Source: an uncultured Pseudomonadales bacterium
GTDB taxonomy: Bacteria; Patescibacteriota; Microgenomatia; UBA1400; MFAQ01
Direction of reading: 5' to 3'
Assembly (NCBI GenBank): GCA_964564895.1
Contig: CAZMCB010000001.1
Coordinates: forward strand, 19,689 to 83,688
DNA: 64,000 nt
Position numbers and translations under genes: made by a program. Positions 58,698-64,000 of the stretch are shown here, in pieces (the first letter of the stretch is position 1; the number at the start of each line of letters is the position of its first letter). Under the pieces are notes generated by a model. The model was not told where the DNA came from. It saw only the letters and a program-made list of their open reading frames with translations, and searched no databases.

Positions 58698-60405
58698 AAA
58701 GGCAAAGTGGAAGAAAAATAATTGTCAGGATATTTCCAACAAGACGAACTGGTGAGTTTGTAAGACGAGCATAGATTTGGTGTTCTCCTTTTGGAACTTT
58801 GAAAGTAATTAAGCCTAACTCATTGTTGTGATCTATGGCAACCTTTTTGCCGTCGACTTTGACTACCCAACCTGGAAAATCAAAAAGAGATAGAGTAACA
58901 GTGGTGTCTTCTGAGTTTTGTAGTGTAAAGCGTTGCCAGTTTGTCCCTTTAGTGAAGAAAAGAAAATCAGCAAAACCATTGGATACTACCGGAAGGTTTG
59001 GTGCGGGGCTGGTGGGTGGATGAGAAGCAAAAATTGGGAGGTAGTCGTAGATACTTGTGGTCATCTGTTTGTCCCAAGTGATTCCGGAGTATTTTTCTTC
59101 AATTGTTATATTGAACCATTTTGAAGGAGTGAAAAAAGAGAGATTTAGAAGCACTAAAAAGATAATCGTTGTTCCAATGATTATTAACGATTGCTTTGTC
59201 TTTTGACCTACTAGGATAGAGCCTGCGATTACGGCAAAAAAAGTATTTGCCAGTACTAAAAAGCGCCATGGGAATTGAAGGTATACAAGAGGAGTGGCTA
59301 TTGTCCAGATAAAGGAAGATTTTTCGTGGGTCATGAAGGAAGTAAAAAGACCAAGAATAAAAAATGTTAGAACAATAGAGAATATTTTTTTATCTTTTCG
59401 AGCGTATTTGAGAAAAGCAATAACTAAAGCTGTAAGTACAAAAATAATGATAATAGGCCCAAAGAAAAAAGATAGATCATCATGAGGACCAATAACTGAT
59501 GAGCCAACTCCCCAAAAAGTTGAGGTAAATAGCTGACTGATGGATACGAAATGTGCCCGATAATCAAAGTATCCTCCTAACATTGTTTCTGTGTGAGCAA
59601 ATTGTTTTTCCAGTACTACGGGCAGGAAGAAGAAAGCAGCAATAAGTCCTCCCCAGACTAGTGATAGACCAAATTTGAATATATGAACTAGCGTTGTTTT
59701 GTTGATTCTGAGCTTGTCGTATTGAAAAAGAAAAACTAAAAACAATATCACTAATGCTGGAGAAAAAATGAGGGTGCTTATATTGTGACTTAGTATTAGT
59801 AAACCGAAAGAAAGAGCTAGTAAAGCTGATTTTTTTATGGTGAACTCTTTGGCTAGATTGTATGAAGCAAGAATTACAAGAGGAATAAACACAAAGGCCC
59901 ATGACTCACCCATAGCACCACGAGAGTAAAGATCGGATGCTCGATATGGAGCATAAGCATAGATTAGCGCCGATAATACTCCACCCCACCTACCCCAAAG
60001 TCTATTTCCGAGCAAAAACATAGCTAAATTTCCAAGTATCAGGGAAAGAATAAAACCCAATTTGACTGAATCAAAAACACCAACCCCCAAAAGATTCGCA
60101 GCGGCCATGACGTAATAACTAAATGGTCCGTAGTAATTAAACTGAGGATAACCGTAGGCATAACCCATGCTAGGTACCCACCGACAAGGAATCTGAAAAT
60201 CTTTGATGCACTTGACCATCTCGGTCACACGGATTGCTTGCATATCATCGTGCATGGCGAATGTACCGGGCCTAAAAAGAGAGGTGACAGTAGGAAGAGT
60301 AAGAACAACAACTAAGAAAGGCAATAACCATTGCTTGTTTTTTAGGAAAAAATTTTTTAAGCGATCCTTAATACTCATAGAATTGCAGAGCCTCCGCGGT
60401 GCCAT
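58669..60405 (-). CDS. Polytopic membrane protein, same family (paralog C)
   Basis: TFAMHDDMQAIRVTEMVKCIKDFQIPCRWVPSMGYAYGYPQFNYYGPFSYYVMAAAN. Confidence 0.5.
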   Translation of the reverse strand: MAPRRLCNSMSIKDRLKNFFLKNKQWLLPFLVVVLTLPTVTSLFRPGTFAMHDDMQAIRVTEMVKCIKDFQIPCRWVPSMGYAYGYPQFNYYGPFSYYVMAAANLLGVGVFDSVKLGFILSLILGNLAMFLLGNRLWGRWGGVLSALIYAYAPYRASDLYSRGAMGESWAFVFIPLVILASYNLAKEFTIKKSALLALSFGLLILSHNISTLIFSPALVILFLVFLFQYDKLRINKTTLVHIFKFGLSLVWGGLIAAFFFLPVVLEKQFAHTETMLGGYFDYRAHFVSISQLFTSTFWGVGSSVIGPHDDLSFFFGPIIIIFVLTALVIAFLKYARKDKKIFSIVLTFFILGLFTSFMTHEKSSFIWTIATPLVYLQFPWRFLVLANTFFAVIAGSILVGQKTKQSLIIIGTTIIFLVLLNLSFFTPSKWFNITIEEKYSGITWDKQMTTSIYDYLPIFASHPPTSPAPNLPVVSNGFADFLFFTKGTNWQRFTLQNSEDTTVTLSLFDFPGWVVKVDGKKVAIDHNNELGLITFKVPKGEHQIYARLTNSPVRLVGNILTIIFLPLCLYAIFKRKHE

Positions 60406-61867
60406 CTATCCTAGCCGGCTTGGGATATTCTTTGATTAATTTCAAACGTTCCACAATTGAAGGCTGCATGTGATTTCTGGATTTGTTGATTACAAAGTAT
60501 CTTTTGTTTTTTGGATCTGTGTTTACTAAACCTTCAGGAATAGTGATAATCGAAGGATTGGAACCGACGATGGTGATATTGCTGTGACCGTTGGTGTAGA
60601 TTTGAAGGCCATCAGGAAGAGTACCAAAAAAACCTTCAGTAAAAACCACTACGTTCTCCCCTTTTGATTCTTGTTCGATTAAATATGCTGCAACTTCTTT
60701 TTGGCCCCAGCCTGCAGTCCATTCCTCAAGATACCCATTGCGCATATCGAAGGAAAGAGGGGCTTTGGTTGGTGTAAAAACACTAAGAATAGAAAAAACT
60801 AATGGCACAACTACAAGAATAAACGACGAAAGTTTAATTAGAATCCCTTTTCGAGTAACTAACCAGTTTAGGCCGATACTAATAATTGGTACAAGAGGTA
60901 AAACAGCAAACAATGCGTAACGACTGGTGTAAACCTTTGCAATGGAACCTTGGGCGACAAGAGGGAGAAGTGAAACCAACAGTAGAAAGAGCGATGTCAA
61001 ACGGGTTTTTTTGGGAATGAAGCCAAAAATTAGAGCAAGTAATAGTGTTGGTGAAAAAAGTAACCATAACCAGTTTATGGTTTTTGCTAAATTATTTAGA
61101 AGAGGGTCTAGTGGATGCCTTAGGATCTCTTGCCAAGTAAATAAATAGTCTTGATTTCGAGCTCCAATCATTTGGAATGCCGGCCCAAGACGAAGAATGC
61201 CATACATCAGCTGAGAAATTACGATAACTGCAAACAAACCTAGACAGAGATTAACGAAAGATTTTAGTTTGTCAGCTTTGGGGCGAAAAAAGAAAACTAA
61301 AGCGACCGCGAGCCAAGCGTAAAAGAAAATCGCGGGCGATTTTGTAAGAAGCCCTCCACCAAGAGCAAATCCTAAAATCATGGCGTGGTCGAGTTTTCTG
61401 GTTTTGGCAAAAAGAGCAGAAAGGCCAAGCGACCAAACACCAAACATGGCTAGCATTGAGTCTGCGAGTGCCATCCGATCGAAAAACACTGAAAATGGAA
61501 GTACCGAATACGTAAGAAGAGTAAGAGCGACAACAAGAAAATTTCCAAAAAGAACATACGAGAGAAAACCTAGACCTAACAGAGTACCAAAGCCTGTAGC
61601 TACGGAAACAAGGCGACCAGCAACCAATGGATCATCTGTTAGTTTAAAAAATGGAATAGTGGCCCACATAAAGAGTGGTTGTTTACCATCTGTTTGGGGT
61701 AAAAATCTAAGGCTCGCTTCGTTTTTCATGACCTGAGACCAGCGAATATAGATGGCTTCATCAACGAAAACAGGAATATTATTTAGCTTTGAGAGTCTTA
61801 AAAAAAAGAACAAGCCAAAAGCCAGAAGAGAAATAAGAATTATCCAGAATGTTTTATTTTTGATCAT
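60368..61867 (-). CDS. ArnT/PMT_2-like GT-C glycosyltransferase
   Basis: NNIPVFVDEAIYIRWSQ is a DE first-loop motif. The N-terminal 370 aa are polytopic and a C-terminal ~120-aa soluble domain follows. A 14-nt overlap links it to the upstream DPM1-like GT2. Confidence 0.6.
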   Translation of the reverse strand: MIKNKTFWIILISLLAFGLFFFLRLSKLNNIPVFVDEAIYIRWSQVMKNEASLRFLPQTDGKQPLFMWATIPFFKLTDDPLVAGRLVSVATGFGTLLGLGFLSYVLFGNFLVVALTLLTYSVLPFSVFFDRMALADSMLAMFGVWSLGLSALFAKTRKLDHAMILGFALGGGLLTKSPAIFFYAWLAVALVFFFRPKADKLKSFVNLCLGLFAVIVISQLMYGILRLGPAFQMIGARNQDYLFTWQEILRHPLDPLLNNLAKTINWLWLLFSPTLLLALIFGFIPKKTRLTSLFLLLVSLLPLVAQGSIAKVYTSRYALFAVLPLVPIISIGLNWLVTRKGILIKLSSFILVVVPLVFSILSVFTPTKAPLSFDMRNGYLEEWTAGWGQKEVAAYLIEQESKGENVVVFTEGFFGTLPDGLQIYTNGHSNITIVGSNPSIITIPEGLVNTDPKNKRYFVINKSRNHMQPSIVERLKLIKEYPKPARIDGTAEALQFYEY

Positions 61868-62615
61868 ACAATCCTTTTAGATCATTAATTTTGACGCTTA
61901 AAATTTGTTTTAACATGTCAGTTGATTCCTTGAAAAACCTTTTGTCCTTCCCTGTAGAGGTGTCTTCGTCTTTCCACTCAACATCGACTTCCTTTAAACG
62001 ATTGCCGTATTTTTCGGCTAAGAAAAGTAGTTCGACATCAAACGCAGAAACCGACCATCCCTTGGAGATTTTTTTATCTGACATAACGGAAAGTTTGGGA
62101 AAAATTTTCTTGGCGACTGCCGTATTAAAAGCTTTGAAGCCACACTGTGTATCGACAACATCACGGAGTAAGAATAAACCTCGTACAAAGCGAAAACCCC
62201 ACGAAGTGAGCTGACGGTACCAAGGAAAGTTGGCTCTGGCTTTGCCACGAGAACCAAAAACAACGGTGTAGCCTTCATCGAACCAAGGGAGTAGTTTTTC
62301 TACTTCTTTGAGAGGAGTTGATTGATCCATGTCGGTAAAAAGGACGATTTCACCTTTGGCAGCTTTTATGCCGGCGTAAACTGCTTTGGCCTTGCCACCA
62401 TGTGGATTAGGAAGGACTCTAAACCCCGAATGACTTCTGGCGAAAGTTTGCGCAATCTCTCGGCTGCCATCGGTAGAACCATCGTCACTGATGATCACTT
62501 CGTAGTCGTAGCTAACTTTTTTGAGATATGTGTAAACTTCTTCAAGAACTCCCCTATCAAGATTTTCTTTTTCGTTGAAGTTTGGGATGACAATCGATAG
62601 TTTTATTGCTGACAT
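61854..62615 (-). CDS. GT2 polyprenol-phosphate glycosyltransferase (DPM1/ArnC/GtrB-like)
   Basis: LSIVIPNFNEKENL...VIISDDGSTDGS...FTDMDQSTP are DPM1/ArnC-type motifs. 253 aa, soluble. Confidence 0.8.
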   Translation of the reverse strand: MSAIKLSIVIPNFNEKENLDRGVLEEVYTYLKKVSYDYEVIISDDGSTDGSREIAQTFARSHSGFRVLPNPHGGKAKAVYAGIKAAKGEIVLFTDMDQSTPLKEVEKLLPWFDEGYTVVFGSRGKARANFPWYRQLTSWGFRFVRGLFLLRDVVDTQCGFKAFNTAVAKKIFPKLSVMSDKKISKGWSVSAFDVELLFLAEKYGNRLKEVDVEWKDEDTSTGKDKRFFKESTDMLKQILSVKINDLKGLYDQK

Positions 62616-62618
62616 AGT

Positions 62619-63158
62619 TTATTTGAATACCTGGGCCTTGTAATATTTTAACTCATCTATCGACTCGAGAATGTCATCGTGAGCTCGATGAGTTTCTTCT
62701 TTGTGAAAGGCAGGAAGGGATGGATACCAACGAAGAGCTAGTTCTTTGATGGTGGTCACATCAATAATGCGATAGTGTACAAAGGCAGCAAGGCGAGGCA
62801 TATGTAGTCTTAAAAATTCACGATCAATATGAACTGAGTTTCCAGCTAATAAAGCCGTATTTGAAGGGCTGATTTTTTTGAGAAATTGGAGAGTTTGTTC
62901 CTCGGCTTCAGCTAAAGTGATTTTTGAGTCGTGTATTTCGTTTAGAAGGCCTGACTCGGCAAAGTGTTCTTGATTCCATGCAATCATGTTATTTAGAACT
63001 GAGCTTGGCTGGTTGATAACCAGATCAGGACCTTCGGCTAAAACATTTAATTCTCCGTCTGTCACTATCGTCGCAATCTCAACGATCTGATCTTTTTCAG
63101 GATTGAGCCCTGTCATTTCTAGATCTATCCAGATTAATTTTCCGTTGGTACTGCTCAT
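62619..63158 (-). CDS. orn: Oligoribonuclease (DEDDh 3'-5' exoribonuclease)
   Basis: LIWIDLEMTGLNPEKDQIVEIATIVTD is Exo motif I (DxE). GNSVHIDREFL is Exo II. YRIIDVTTIKEL...HRAHDDI is Exo III with the catalytic His. 179 aa. Confidence 0.85.
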   Translation of the reverse strand: MSSTNGKLIWIDLEMTGLNPEKDQIVEIATIVTDGELNVLAEGPDLVINQPSSVLNNMIAWNQEHFAESGLLNEIHDSKITLAEAEEQTLQFLKKISPSNTALLAGNSVHIDREFLRLHMPRLAAFVHYRIIDVTTIKELALRWYPSLPAFHKEETHRAHDDILESIDELKYYKAQVFK

Positions 63159-64000
63159 CTTGTGTGTTCTAGTTTGTATATTTTTAAGTAATCAATTTGC
63201 CATGTAGAAACAACGTGTGATGGTCCAAAAACTGCTATCTGCCAGTCTGGATTACCTTCAGGTTGACATTTTTCTCCGTCTTCACAGATGACGAAAAGCT
63301 GATCAACAATCTTGTCTTCCCCTCTTACTAGCTTGGCCTGTTTGTTTTCTAGGAAGTAGCGATAGGATTCATCGTAGTTATTTTTGGAAATCAGTCCAAA
63401 GTTAAACTCCTGCCCTTGGGATTCTTGAATAATAAGGTCGGCAGCTTGCTCTGTCCTTCTTAGCTGGTAATTGGGATTGCCGAAAGCTGGGCTGGTGCGA
63501 AGAGCATTGAAAACAAGAATAGCAAAGAGAGTGATAAATACCCATTTAAAAACCGGATTCATCTTAACTACCGACGAGAAGAGTGCTCCAGAAAGTAGAA
63601 AAACAGCTGGGTATACCAGTCCTAAGTAGTGAATATATATTGGCTGATTGTAAAGACTCAAGCCTAAAATGGTAAATAATATCCAAGAAGTAATAATCTG
63701 GATGGATGGTTTTTTGCGGTTTATCAGAATATAAAACGCTGAAATTGCACAAAGGATAATAGTAACGATCAATTTTGGTTTTTCATTTCCGGTGAGGAGA
63801 GAACTTTGGGTGAAAGAGAAAAGAGTAAAGGGCTTTGTGAGTGAGTCGGCGAGATTGAATACTCCGGACTTGGCTGAGAGCATCGCCTTAAGTGCAGAGA
63901 GATTCATACCAGAGTGCTTAAGATCAAAGAGAACCAAAGGAGACATGAAAGCTAAGAATATTAAAACGGCAAATATCGTGTGTTTTGTAAAAGATTTTGC
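63155..64000 (-). CDS. Membrane protein with a C-terminal soluble domain. The 5' end runs off the window end.
   Basis: The frame stays open upstream of the listed Met at 63946 (...HTIFAVLIFLAFMSPLVLF, inside a TM helix), so the gene probably starts beyond 64000. It has at least 4 TM helices and then a ~110-aa hydrophilic C-terminus. Confidence 0.45.
   Translation of the reverse strand, partial: AKSFTKHTIFAVLIFLAFMSPLVLFDLKHSGMNLSALKAMLSAKSGVFNLADSLTKPFTLFSFTQSSLLTGNEKPKLIVTIILCAISAFYILINRKKPSIQIITSWILFTILGLSLYNQPIYIHYLGLVYPAVFLLSGALFSSVVKMNPVFKWVFITLFAILVFNALRTSPAFGNPNYQLRRTEQAADLIIQESQGQEFNFGLISKNNYDESYRYFLENKQAKLVRGEDKIVDQLFVICEDGEKCQPEGNPDWQIAVFGPSHVVSTWQIDYLKIYKLEHTR

Noticed and set aside
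1-64000. Search for CRISPR repeats, IS elements, transposases, integrases, tRNA or rRNA genes
   Set aside because: No regularly spaced direct repeats. No DDE or tyrosine-recombinase-like ORFs. No tRNA-like GTTCRA T-loop contexts or rRNA-like conserved blocks were recognised by eye. The region appears to be a chromosomal operon array rather than a classical mobile element.

Overview
The window is AT-rich and very tightly packed. It has about 55 protein-coding genes in long co-directional runs, with 1-40 nt gaps, many start/stop overlaps, and convergent genes whose 3' ends overlap. No rRNA, tRNA, CRISPR array, transposase or integrase was seen. Almost the whole 64 kb is one giant cell-envelope glycan biosynthesis and protein/glycan glycosylation island.

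Main content:
- About 21 large polytopic membrane proteins that look like GT-C-fold glycosyltransferases. These include ArnT/PMT-like, DUF2029/PIG-V-like and YfhO-like proteins, plus an unnamed family carrying an HDD...PCRW...GYGxPxFNYY...PYY motif. They sit in two triplets of tandem paralogs and one 1053-aa fusion protein.
- 9 GT2 glycosyltransferases. Three form DPM1/ArnC-like GT2 plus GT-C cassettes.
- 4 GT4 glycosyltransferases plus 1 divergent GT-B protein.
- 2 Wzx-like flippases and an acyltransferase-3 O-acyltransferase.
- 5 SAM-dependent methyltransferases, one of them a sugar C-methyltransferase.
- A cupin 3,4-ketoisomerase translationally coupled to a DegT aminotransferase.
- A partial GDP-mannose 4,6-dehydratase at the 5' edge and an NDP-sugar epimerase.
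- A short UDP-glucose-dehydrogenase-family protein that lacks its C-terminal domain.
- An AsnB-type amidotransferase.
- A HigB(Gp49)/HigA(XRE)-like toxin-antitoxin pair inside the island.
- An oligoribonuclease near the 3' end.

The gene content and compaction suggest a reduced-genome bacterium, possibly of the Candidate Phyla Radiation (Patescibacteria). That is inference only. All functional calls come from motif-level reading of the translations. No searches were run.
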